Shown here: one piece after another, positions 1-12,568 of the stretch | Position numbering within the stretch: the stretch's first letter is position 1 | Layout of the letters: each line of letters starts with the position of its first letter | NCBI GenBank assembly: GCA_951406725.2 | Contig: OX597818.1 | Location: forward strand, 73,904,001-73,968,000 | DNA: 64,000 nt | Source: Octopus vulgaris | Taxonomy: Eukaryota | Direction: 5' to 3' | Translations under genes and position numbers: made by a program | The notes under the pieces: generated by a model | Database searches by the model: none | The model's input: only the letters and a program-made list of their open reading frames with translations | Told to the model about the DNA's origin: nothing

Positions 1-855
1 AAACATGATGAAATATATTTTTATAAAAATCATTATAGATGGGTAATGGATAATAGAAGTGGGTAGAATGCCAGGCAAAATTTGTGTCACTATACCTAGC
101 TTGATGAATTTACATTCGGCGTTGAATTCCTGCTATGGTTCCAATCATAATACACATTACAGCAGCAACAAAGAGTAAGGGTGGTAGAAGTAGTGTCTAT
201 TTTTTGACACTGAATGTCTTGTTCATCTGAAATTATATATTGCTATTCTAAATTTATAAAGCTTCCACAAAACACACCCCAGGATATGTGAGTTGATGTA
301 GCTTTTATTAAAACAGACGGTTTCCTGAGAGTTTGACTGTCGAAATTGAATGAATGATTTTTCAACGTATCGCGATATTATTAAAGATTTAATTAAACCA
401 AATACTAAGAAGAAATCAAGATTATCATCGAACTGGCTTATAAGAAGATGGTTTGAATTTTAGCATTGTAGAATACATCACTAACTAGTGTTGTGAATGC
501 AATAGAATGTTAAGCCACTACATTGTGAAATCACACTTTGTTTTCTGAAGCATGAATACGGATATACACAAGTTGTGTGTACTTGCATGACTGAATTTTG
601 CAGCATGCATATATTCATCTCGGTCAGTCATAACCTGACGAATGTACCAAGAGAAAGGCATATCGATGTGTAAAACACACATAAACGCACACACACTCAG
701 GCACATTCACACATACAAAAACACATATACCCACAGAAAGACACACAATCACACACACACTTATATAGGCATATTCAGAGAGAGAGAGAGAGAGAGAAGA
801 AGAAGAGAGATTATATATGACCATTTTAAATATATACATACTCAGAATTCATACA

Positions 856-889
<34 letters not shown>

Positions 890-947
890 ATTATATTATA
901 TTATATTATATTATATTATATTATATTATATTATATTTTTATTATAT

Positions 948-1384
<437 letters not shown>

Positions 1385-2121
1385 TAGGGAGAGTCCAAAA
1401 TTATACACACTCTTATTTTTCAATGTATTTATACAAAAGCAGGGGATAAACAAGTACATCATTTTCCTACATAATTTCATTCCTGTTTAATGCACTTGGT
1501 CCAGCGGTGCACAGATTTGCGTATTCCCTCCAAGAAGATTTTTGGTTGGTCGTGCAACCATTTATGCACCGCTTTCTTCACAACTTCATCCGTGGGAAAT
1601 CAACGACAGCGTAAACCGTCTTTGAGCGGTCCATAGATATGATAGTCGGAAGGGGTTTGTGGGCTGTAGGTAGGGTGTTCCAATACTTACATAGTATTAA
1701 TGATAACTACTAACGTAAACAAAAAGAAAACACAAACTGGGTTAATTGGTTAATATTTTCAACGGTTTGGGTGGTCGTATGTAAGTGTCCCTTGTCATGC
1801 AACAACAAAACTTTGTTCGACAATAGGCTTCGGCGTTTGGTGAGAATTGCTTGCTTCAGTTTTTTGGCAAGCAAGCACTATTGATCGTAGACCCCTTTTC
1901 CAGAGAAATCGGATCACTGCTCGTTGTTCTTCTTAGCTGCACATTGCTAGTGGAACGGCCATGCATACACTGTAAAGCCAGAAAGTAAAATGGCGCAATC
2001 AGGCTCAAACTTTGATCACGTGACTACAATATTACCAACTAAATGCACGTAGAAGACAGTATGGCAATAATAAAGATATGTTATGGTGGAAGTGCGGATA
2101 ATTGTTTTACTTCACCTCGTA
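1385..2121 (-). mobile_element. Internally deleted mariner-like DNA transposon
   Basis: Imperfect TIRs (TAGGGAGAGTCCAAAATTATACACACT ... AGTGCGGATAATTGTTTTACTTCACCTCGTA). Minus strand 1490-1690 reads VLEHPTYSP-TPSDYHIYGPLK...AVHKWL...RWTKCI, a decayed mariner HPPYSPDLAPSDYHLF motif. Confidence 0.8.
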
Positions 2122-2124
2122 CAA

Positions 2125-2155
<31 letters not shown>

Positions 2156-2329
2156 TATATATGTATATGTATACATACTTTTATATGAATGTATATACGC
2201 ATATACATTTATATACGCTTCGGCATGTGGTTGGGTAAAGGCGAGCATCTTATGATAATAGCCTTCACATTAATATCTACGTAAGAAGCAACAGAATTGG
2301 AGATTGTGTGATTAGGGGTCAGTTCACAT

Positions 2330-3100
2330 GATGCAAACAGACTGGGATGAGATGTAATCGGTTTACGAAAGAGAAGCTGTAGAGTTGCAAAAGACGTATT
2401 TTGAGGTATTGTGAGGTCGAAAATATCCAGGAGGTTACAGATGGATCGACAAAAACAGAGGTGAAATCTGAAGCCGAGTGGGAAAAATTTAACCAGAACA
2501 CTGAGAGTGTGATCTGTTTATAGATATGTCGGGTAGAACCCATACAGTCGTTGTTGCTATGGTCGAATAACTTTTTTTTGAGGCTGAAAAACTGGATGAA
2601 GACCTGGACTGCAAGATATCACCAAGTCGGTTGAAATATGTATCAAACTGACCGTATTTTAGATTCTTCACTTTATAGATCAATCAGCAAGATGTAGTGT
2701 TGTTCAATTATATTTGTTTCAACTAATAACTTTAGTTTTAATGATGAGACATCTTCATAAATCCGTCTTCACTCTATTTTGTTGGCTTTAAAATCTGACA
2801 TACAATGTAGTTAGAAAATAAGAAATTTCGTGAAGGTCGAAGATCAAATCGTTCACAATGAAATGTAGATATAAAATTTAATAAAAATGTTTCATCTCTA
2901 GATATGAGGTTAATAGTTTGGCAAGTCATAATTGTATTAATAACACATCGCAGACAGTTAGACAGTTTATCAATATAGAATCTTCAATAAAATTTGATAT
3001 ACTGGTCTTTGGTCTTTTAAATTTTCATGAACCTTGAAATGATCATAAAGTAGAGATCGGTCTAATCAATGTAGATGTAATTGTTACAGAATACGGCAAA
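2330..3100 (-). pseudogene. Highly decayed Penelope-like reverse transcriptase remnant
   Basis: Broken motifs in the expected order: LLYDHFKVHENLKDQRPV (cf. LYGxPKxHK..P.RPI), a frameshifted SVT.LDI (cf. FLD), and FRKPIT (cf. YRKPT). Confidence 0.4.
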
Positions 3101-3242
3101 GGCTCATAAGCTTGTACATGTTGCGTCTATCGAAATTTAGTTGTTGGTATTTAGCCCAAGAGAAATCTTGATTATCATTACCTATGATCACAGGCGCTAA
3201 TTCCAGCCACTAAAATACATTATTATTATTATTATTATTATT

Positions 3243-3796
3243 GAGTGAGAGAGCAGTTCATGCCATCAAAGTGACACTGGGGTAAAATATACGAAGCCCA
3301 ATATACCCATCATGACTACCCGTCTGATAAGGGTACACCAGGCACATGCATCACAACCATATGTGCGCGACATGGTGATCTCATATCAAGATAAACAGCA
3401 CATGACCTTACAGGTGGGGCCCAGTTAGAATTTTCTTCAGGTTGAGTAGCCCATCCCGCTCAAAAGGTCCCTGAATAAGGGTTGTTTAAGGATGTTGAAC
3501 GAAACACCCATGTTCCCAGAGGTGAATTATTCAAACCCCAAAGAATCCCTCTCAACACATGGCTATGATGCTCCCCCACTACTTCTGCTCGTGATCAGAG
3601 ATGCACATATCGTCAGCCACTAAGGGACATGCTCAACTGGTTAAGGTCAAACAACTGACAAGCAAATCTGTGGTATTGAGCAGAATATTTGCTGTAGCCC
3701 ATCTTTTATACCAAGACAAAACAATGTACATGATAACACTTCCAATCAGTTAAGATCAGAAGCCATGAGAGCCACTGCCTGGTACTGCATCAGGGC

Positions 3797-3800
<4 letters not shown>
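3243..3800. mobile_element. Non-coding ~560 bp insert between two (ATT)n arrays, probably a LINE 3' UTR or non-autonomous element
   Basis: Complex sequence bounded exactly by (ATT)n at ~3219-3242 and ~3800-3887, the same context as the adjacent R4/Dong fragments. No ORF. Confidence 0.5.
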
Positions 3801-3829
<29 letters not shown>

Positions 3830-3833
3830 GATA

Positions 3834-3887
<54 letters not shown>

Positions 3888-3890
<3 letters not shown>

Positions 3891-5869
3891 TAGTTTTATT
3901 TTTATTTTTATAGCGTGCTTTCACTTCACTACCGAGCGCAGCTCTGTGTGCCTTGGGTATGTGCTGTGATTTGTTGTGATGCTCTGATGGTTATTGTATG
4001 GAAAATGTTCTGCGTAGGATGTGTGCAGTGCCTAGTAGTGCAATTTTCTGTATGTTATATGTGTTTGTAAGTCCTGGTGTTTTTGTTATGTATTTGTCTG
4101 AATATTTTTTTATCATGCCTAATGCACCTACTATGATAGGAATTGTTTCTGTTTTCAGATTCCACATTCTAGTTACCTCTATTTCCAGGTCTTTGTATTT
4201 TGAGAGTTTCTCCATTTCTTTTAGAGACACGTTGTCATCTGCCGGTACTGATACATCAATTAGAAAGCATTTTTTTCTTCATGGTCTCTGACAACTATAT
4301 CTGGTCTGTTGGCCTTAATTTCTCTATCTGTGTGTATCGGCATATCCCAGAGTATGGTTGCTTTCTCGTTTTCTGTGACCTTTTCTGGTGTGTGCCTATA
4401 CCATCTTTTTTCTGTTGTTATTCCATAATGTTGGCATAGCTTCCAATGTATGTAAGTTCCAACTCTGTCGTGTCTGTGAATATATTCCTTCTTAGCCAGG
4501 ACTGGGCAGCTAGAGATAATATGATTTATTGTTTCTTGTCCATCTCCACATATTCTGCAGTTACTTGTAATATTTCTTTTCATTACATGTTTTTGGTAAT
4601 TTCTGGTGGGGAGGCTTTGGTCTTGTGCTGCAATTAAAAATCCCTCTGTCTCTGCTTTGAGTCCTGAGCTTCTCAACCATTGCTGGGATTTTTCTTTGTC
4701 TATTTCTTTTGCGTTTAGTTTAGTCCAGTATTTACCATGAAGGGCTTTTCTTGCCATCGTTTTATCATGGTTCGTTGCTGTTCTATTTTTAGTTTGGATT
4801 TCATTTTTTTTATAGCTTTTGTTGTTTCTTCATCTTCTTCTTCTTCTTCATGTTTATTAGGTGGTATGATTTCTTGTTTGTATTTGTCAGCTTCCTTAAA
4901 TACTGAGAACAGTTTTTTGTTTTGCTCGTGTTTAGCCGCTATCTGGATCAGTTTTCCTTCCTTCTGAAGTAGATATTTTTGCAGTCCTATGGTGGTTATT
5001 TTATAGTAGTTTTCCAGCTGTATAAGGCCTCTACCACCCTCTATACGTTGTATATATAGTCTTTCTATGTCAGATTTTGGGTGATGCATCCTAGATCCTG
5101 TCATTATTTTTCTTGTTTTCCTGTCTATTTTGGTCAGTTCATTTCGTGTCCAGTTAAGGATATTGTAGCTGTAACTTATAACTGGGACAGCTAAAGTGTT
5201 GATACCTATTATCTTGTTTTTAGCATTGAGCTCTGTGTTTAGTATTGATCTAACTCGTCTATAATATTCTTTTTTTATTTTTCTCTTTCATTTGTGTGTG
5301 TTGTGTGTTATCTAGTTCATGGATTCCTAAGTATTTGTAAGTTTGGCTTTGGTCTAATTCTTTTATTTCATTTGCTTCATCTAGTGTGATGTTGTTACTC
5401 TTAACTAGTTTTCCTCTTTTCATGGTTACTTTGGCGCATTTTTCTAATCCAAATTTCATATCTATTTCTTTGGTAAATCCATGAACTGTCTTTAATAGTG
5501 TTTCCAGCTGTTTGTCATTTGCAGCGTATAGTTTTAGGTCATCCATATATAAAAGGTGGCTGATCGTTTTGCCGTAACATTTATATCCGCATCCAGTTCT
5601 ATTTAGCATATCAGATAGAGGTGACAGTGCCAAGCAGAAAAGGAGTGGAGAGAGCGTATCTCCCTGGAATATTCCTCTTCTAATGGGGATGTCTTTGGTT
5701 TTCATGAGTCCCTCTTTTGTTTGGAGGTGTAGGACTGTTTGCCATTTATTCATAGAGTGCTCTATGAATTTTATGATTGTTGGTGCTACTTTGTTAATGG
5801 CTAGTGTTTCGAGGATCCATGTGTGGGGGATGCTATCAAACGCCTTTTTGTAGTCAATCCAGGCCATAC

Positions 5870-5870
<1 letters not shown>
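3888..5870 (-). mobile_element. 5'-truncated R4/Dong-like non-LTR retrotransposon (RT, CCHC, RLE endonuclease, 3' UTR)
   Basis: RT motifs WIDYKKAFDSIPH, GIFQGDTLSPLLF, LLYMDDLKLY, FGLEKC and YKYLGI; zinc knuckle CRICGDGQETINHIISSC; RHD; RPDIV...IDVS...KLSKY endonuclease. Stop at 3991. Both ends abut (TAA)n. Confidence 0.95.
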
Positions 5871-5902
<32 letters not shown>

Positions 5903-5922
5903 CATTATTATTATTATTATTA

Positions 5923-5990
<68 letters not shown>
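5871..5990. repeat. (ATT)n/(TAA)n microsatellite with ATC variants
   Basis: Directly visible. Similar arrays at 3800-3887, 6827-6993 and 59925-60030. Confidence 0.95.
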
Positions 5991-5991
<1 letters not shown>

Positions 5992-5994
<3 letters not shown>

Positions 5995-6826
5995 GTTTGA
6001 TTTTGTTTACATTTGCATAAGCTAGCACCAAGTCTCACCCAGAGACCTCAAGAGACAAGTTGGTAGTTCGTGTTGGTGTTATGCCTAGCGTGCCTTATAT
6101 TTAGGTTTGTACTTAGTGTTGCACTAGTGAATGTCTAAAAAACCATACGAAAATTATGTTTGTTTTAAAACTTGAGATTACATAGAAAGTATTTTGCGTA
6201 CGATATGAGCAGTTCCCATGAGCACTATCTTTTGAATTTCTGCCATTTTGGGGTTTCCTGATACCTGAGTTAGGTAGCAATCAGCCCCTTTTGCTATCCT
6301 TCCCAGGGCACCTATGACAACAGGTATTGTTTTAGTCTTCAGGTTCCACATTCTGCTGATTTCTATTTCCAGATCTTTATATTTACTTATTTTGTGGTAG
6401 GTCTTGACAGATACGTTTATATCGATTGGGACAATCATATCAATGAGGAGGCATGATTTTGTCTGACGTCTTTTAAATATGATATCCGGCCTATTCGCAT
6501 ATATCTTTCTGTCAGTATGAATGGTGAAATTCCAGAGGAGTGAGATGTGGTCATTTTCAAGCATTGGAGCTGGTTTGTGTTCCCAACAGTTTTTATCATG
6601 AGGCAAGTCCAGGTTTTTGCAAATTACCCAGTGAATATATTGTGCAGCTCTATCATGTCTGTTGAGATACTCTGTAGGCGCAAGAAGACTGCATTTGGAG
6701 AAAACATGATCAATAGTTTCATTTTGTTGTTGACATACACGACATGTTGGGCTTCTGCCGTTCTTTAATATGTTGGCCTGGTAGTTTCTTGTAGGTAGGC
6801 ATTGATCTTGAGCTGCTATGTTGACC
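5992..6826 (-). mobile_element. Second R4/Dong-like 3' fragment from a different family (CCHC, RLE, 3' UTR)
   Basis: AAQDQCLPTRNYQ, CRVC...ETIDHVFSKC, RHD, NRPDII...LIDM.VP...KISKYKDL...PVVIGALG. Its 3' UTR differs from the 3888 element. Flanked by (TAA)n. Confidence 0.9.
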
Positions 6827-6925
<99 letters not shown>

Positions 6926-6933
6926 TATTATTA

Positions 6934-6993
<60 letters not shown>

Positions 6994-7257
6994 GACAGTA
7001 GTTTGATTTTTATCATGTGTTTTCACTGCTTTACCGAGCGCAGCTCTGTGTGCCTAGGCTATGTGCTGTGATTTGTTGCCGTGCTATTATTTTTCACTGT
7101 ATTGAAAGTGTTTTAGGTAGGTTGTGTGCAGTGCCTAGTAGTGTTATTTTCTATATTTTATATATACTTGTAAATCCTGGTGTTTTTGTTATGCATTTGT
7201 CTGAATGTGTTTTTTCATCATACTTAATGCGCCTACTATAATAGGAGTCTACTGTTC
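6994..7257 (-). mobile_element. Diverged 3' end of the same R4/Dong family as 3888-4150
   Basis: Aligns to 3888-4145 (shared ACCGAGCGCAGCTCTGTGTGCC and GTGCAGTGCCTAGTAGTG). Confidence 0.85.
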
Positions 7258-8200
7258 TAAGGAGTGAAACCGCCCAGGTGTTGATAGCGTCAATCTTATT
7301 CCGTCCGTTTAATTTCGACTTAACGATCAGTCTCAGTCTGCGCAAGTACTACACCTTAAATTTTTCTGTTATTACTTTCTCTATCAATTTATCAATTTCC
7401 CAAATCCCCAATAATTATAGCCCGTCTCTTCTATCTGCTTCATAACCTACCCCGACGGTATCAGTAGCACGTCCATACATTTGATTTTGCCTCTCTTCAA
7501 GACTAACACACCATACTTCTCAGTCCGAACTCCATTCTGATATCAGCAACTGAAAGTATACACCGTATCAACGAGGAACTGACTTGGGATTCATCTTTAC
7601 CATAAAGTTTGAGGTAATCCATAAATAAAAAATTGCTTAATTTTTGTTGGTGGCTTTTGAATACATACTCAGCATTTGCTTTCCTCAGAATCAGTGTTAG
7701 TGGTATCAGGTATCAAGCACAGTACAAAGGTCAGTGGGGACAGTCAGTCCCCTTGGAAGATGCCCCTCCTGATTTCTGCTATCCCTAAACTTCTGTATGC
7801 TGTCAGGTCCGTCCTCCAATTCGCCATACTTTTTCAAAACAATACCAAATGGGTTCATACATTCCATAATCCAGGAATATGGGATCATGTCGTACGCCTT
7901 ACGATAGTCGATCCATGACATGGCTAAGCTGCTTTTCCTCCTCTTGCAGGCTTCAAGTACAGTTTTGTCTATCAGGAGTTGATCCTTCGTACATCTGCAC
8001 TTACGCTTGCAACCCTTCTGCTCATGTGGCAAGGCTCCATTCTTTTCCTGATGTTCGTACATTGACTCTGCGAGTATTCCAGTCAATAATTTCCACATAA
8101 GGGGCAAACAGGATATCGGCCTGTAATTGTCTACCGTATTGCATTTTTTCGATGTTTTTCAAGCACAACACTGTCCTACTCAATGTAAAACACTCTGGTA
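7258..8200 (-). mobile_element. Decayed R4-clade RT fragment (third family)
   Basis: [22 protein letters not shown]...[44 protein letters not shown]. Same family as 60085-60750. Confidence 0.85.
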
Positions 8201-8870
8201 TTAGACATAAAAATATAACACCACACATCATCTCAAACATTACTATTTATATCAACACACAACCCCAGAAACAGTGAGGCATTCAACACTATTGTGCAAA
8301 ATCTTCCTTTACTAACTAGAGATCCAAAAATGAACGACATCCTGAAAACACACAAACTCATCAAATGTAAAAAGCAAGACAAATCACTAAAGAGACTACT
8401 AACAAATGCGAAGCTTTACAAAACAACCACAAAACTAACGGTTGAAAAATGTGGACGCCCAAACTGTGGAACCTGCCCAACCTGCTTGAAGGCTCGGATT
8501 TCCTCTTCAAACAAGGACAGAGGTTCACAATTAAAACTAGTTTCACTTGTGCCTCTGAGAACCTAATTTATGTAATAACCTGCTCGGGTTGCGAACACAA
8601 TAATATTGGACAGTCGACTATGACCTTGAGAAAGATATCAACTGTACATAAAGAGCAAATCCGTTTCCCGCAATACAGGCAAATTCCTCTCAGTGAACAT
8701 ATAGAAAAATGTGCAGATAACATCAAACCAAATTTCACAGTCTTCCCCTTCTACCAGTGCAAAGACCCAATCCCTCCAAAAGAACGTTTAAATAGAGAAA
8801 CTTTTAAATAATAAAGAAAGCTTTTTCATTGAAACATACAGCGCACTTCTTAATATGCACACATAACCAA
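8200..8870 (+). mobile_element. Penelope-like element 3' fragment encoding GIY-YIG endonuclease (frameshifted)
   Basis: Linker KCGRPNCGTC followed by FTCASENLIYVITCSGCEHNNIGQST..LRK..H (IY-x10-IG nuclease signature). Confidence 0.85.
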
Positions 8871-9256
8871 CTTTTATCTTTTTACATATTTTAATTCCCG
8901 ATTAATCACTGTACATAAATCCCCTCACTAAACAAGTTTTTCGAAACCTGTTTTTGTTTGCATATATATATATTCCCCTCCCATTACCGAAAGCTGAACC
9001 GTTAGCTCCCTTACCCACAACAATAACAATAATAACGATAACCAGTTACCTCCCCTTATTTTTCTACTTGTGAAGTCATTCACTCGTAAATATTATCACA
9101 CACAACATGGACAAAATGTCTTCTTAAGAAAAAAATAAATATTCAAATAAGTAAAACATAATATCAGGAACAGCGATAGCGAAACCCATCAATATATTAA
9201 AAATTATATTAAGACTATGTAAAGTGTGCGTATTCTCCTTTTTTAATTTCTCATAT

Positions 9257-9317
<61 letters not shown>

Positions 9318-9481
9318 TGTGTGTGTGTTCAAATTACGCCAAGGTCGACTTTGCCTTTCGGTGTCGATAAATTAAATACCAGTTGCGTATTGGATGCGAT
9401 GTAATCGACTCGCCCCTTTCCCCTAAACATTTCGGCCATTGTGCCTAGAGTAGAAAATAATACAGACACACACACACACAA

Positions 9482-9597
<116 letters not shown>

Positions 9598-9599
9598 GC

Positions 9600-10030
9600 A
9601 AAATAATAAAATGGAGGAATACATCTTAATCAATAATCAACTACCAGATAATACCCATTCACATAATTTATTAACCAACTACATATGAACAAACATAATA
9701 GTACAGAACAAAACAGTGCACATCAATGAGTAATATGATACAATAAGTACAATATGTATAAATAAATATAAATAAGTATAAATATAAATATAAACTATAT
9801 CTTACAGCTGTTTCAGCCATGTAGATATGAGTATCTCATTATGCTCATATTAGGTGTGATAAGTTAATATGTGGTTACAAATGAGATACTTACAAATATA
9901 TCCCAAGGCCTCTTCAGAGATTATAAAGTACAATCCAAATATGAATATAAGAGAAGGTACACCTATACAAGAATGAGTACATATGCATAATATATAATAT
10001 ACACATGCATATAAGTGTATATACACATGC
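9600..10030 (-). mobile_element. Short non-coding repeat with a hammerhead-like motif (same family as 32100-32565)
   Basis: Reverse complement of 9601-9650 matches 32515-32562. Contains the motif at 9799-9921. Flanked by TA-rich microsatellite. Confidence 0.7.
9799..9921 (-). ncRNA. Type I hammerhead ribozyme-like motif with long stem II insertion
   Basis: Minus strand: AUCU CUGAAGA GGCC [~90 nt] GGCU GAAAC AGCU GUA^ AGAU. Stems I and II pair; helix III is the palindrome ACAGCUGU. Confidence 0.8.
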
Positions 10031-10321
10031 ACCTATATATATATAAGTATATACATAATAATATATAATAATATACATATATACATATATATATGCACAT
10101 GAGTGTTTCTGTATGTGTATCCCTGTTTATCACCACCCCCCGTCATCGCTGGTGTGTTTATGAACCCGTAACTTAGCGGTTTGACAAAACAGAAGGATAA
10201 AATATATTCTAGGTTTTCACGGAATAAGTTCTGGGGTAGTTTTCTTCGACTATAACACTTTAAGGTGTTGCTACAGCAACTGATAGAGAAAAAAGAATAC
10301 GTATGCGTGTGTGTCTGTCTT

Positions 10322-10384
<63 letters not shown>

Positions 10385-10589
10385 AATTTCATTAAACTAT
10401 ATCTGATACTCAATTTGCTGATGTAAACATCGTTTTGCCTAAAATTATAGAGAAAATATGTCTAACTACATATCTCTCGGGAAATTTATCTATATTCCTG
10501 GTCATATACGCCATATCGGTCTACGTAAAGTCACTCTCTACTAATGTGCCTCCAACTTAATAATATTTGAGTGAATTGGCGTGTGTATA

Positions 10590-11635
10590 CAGGGGTTGGA
10601 CAAAATAGTGGAAACACCAAGCATCATAATTCTGAAATATCTATAAAACCGTCAAAACTTGTTTATTTTTATGTTTTTTATTTATTATTAGTATTGCTTA
10701 ATATGTTTTGCTCACATTGCTGTTTCTTTTCAGATGTCAGAAGAAAAAGGTAATTAAAATTCATTAAAATGGCAGATCTATCGGACTTTCAAATTGTTGA
10801 TGCTCGTATAGCGGGAGCTAGCGTAAAGAAAACAGCTGAAATGCTTGGTGTATCAAGAAGTACTCGAAAGTAGTGACAGCGTTTGAGAAAGAGGGAAAAA
10901 ACCTCCTCGTGGAAACAAAAATCCGGAAGAAAACCAAAACTTTCAGATAGGGACCGTTGGACTCTTACGCGAATTGTTAGAAAGGATCACGAAAATGCAG
11001 CAGCCAAAATTACTGCAGAGCTTTATAACCCCTCGAGATGCCAGTTTACACAAAACTGTTTGCCGGGAGCTGCACAAAGCAGTATACGTGTGGAGACACC
11101 CAAAGCAAGCATCTGACCCAGACTGCTTTTTCCAACTGTGATAATCTGGGGACCTGTATCATGGAAATCTGCCAGCCCAATGGTTTCCTCCCATGGCAGA
11201 ATTAATAGTCAAGTCTATTTAAGCATTTTATCTGATCAAATTGATCCTATGGTCGTGGAACAGTTTCCGGAGGGAAACACAATCTTTCAGGATGATAATG
11301 CCTCAATTCACACAGTTAAAGTTGCTACTGAATGACATGAGGAACATTCTAGTGAAGTTCAAAATCTTATCTGGTCACCACAGTCCCCAGATCTCTATAT
11401 TATTGAACATTTATGGCGCATTTTAGAAGTAAGGGGTCTATATCCTCCACCATCATCACTACAAGAACTGGAGACTGCTTTAGAGAAAAATTCCTTTGGA
11501 AACAATTCAAACTTTGAACGAGTCCATACCTCGTAGTTATTGAAGCTGTAATTACTGACAAAGGCGGCCCTAACCCATAAAAAAATTAATTTGTTTGAAA
11601 TTTTAAGGTGTTTCCATTATTTTGTCCAACCACTG
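10590..11635 (+). mobile_element. Tc1-like DNA transposon, internally deleted, with pseudogenised transposase
   Basis: TIRs CAGGGGTTGGACAAAATAGTGGAAACACC / GGTGTTTCCATTATTTTGTCCAACCACTG with TA on both sides. Motifs MADLSDFQ..., GRKPKLS, IFQDDNASIH and WSPQSPDLYIIEHLW. Confidence 0.93.
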
Positions 11636-11969
11636 TATCTACGCAAAAAAAACCGTACATATTGAATTTCTGAGTTGTATTGATCAAGCAATGGTTGTCA
11701 AGTAGACCACCTATTTAATTATATTGAATCACATCTATCTATTTATCTAAGAACGATACTTATATCTCGTGGTTATATATGTTTAAATGACCAACATATG
11801 TAAGCTTAGGTATTTATCAAAACCACGTTTATTCACCTAATTCCCTCGTATTTCTCTGTCGGAAATAAGTCCTTCACTTATTATATAGAATCGGAGATAA
11901 CTATAGTTCAATACGAACTCATTTATTTTCCCTGTATAAATACGCATACAATCAAATATTTGTGTGTGT

Positions 11970-12074
<105 letters not shown>

Positions 12075-12171
12075 CATATACATATACACATGTATATATG
12101 ATTATATGCATATAGACATATATGTATACGTACACATACACAGAAAAATATGTGTGTATGTATTCTTGTAT

Positions 12172-12568
12172 TCTTTTACACGTTTCAGTCATTTCACTGT
12201 GGCCATGCTCGAGCACTGCATATCATTCAACAAATCGACCCCAGGACATATTTTTTGTAACCCTAGTACTTGTTCTTTCGTTCACTTATGCCGAACCCCT
12301 AAGTTACGCACACGGAAACACACCAACATTGGTTGTCAAGCGATGGTGGGGGGACAAACACATACATACATACATACATACATACATACATACATACGTA
12401 CATACATACATACATACACGCTTGTTTCAGTTTCCGTCTAACAAATCGATTAGAAGGCTTTGGTTAGCTATAGTAGAAGACACTCGCCCAACTTGCCACG
12501 CAGTAGGATTGAACTCGTTATCATGTGGTTATGAAGCAAGCTTCTTACCACACAGCCACGCCTGCGTC
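12172..12568 (-). mobile_element. tRNA/CORE-type SINE with internal (TACA)n
   Basis: Aligns to the best copy at 48865-49262. Head GGCGTGGCTGTGTGGTAAGAAGCTTGC; tail ...GACTGAAAC. Confidence 0.8.

Noticed and set aside
5871-6038. Poly-Asn N-terminal extension on the 259 aa RT ORF
   Set aside because: Chance read-through of the (AAT)n array into a 5'-truncated element.
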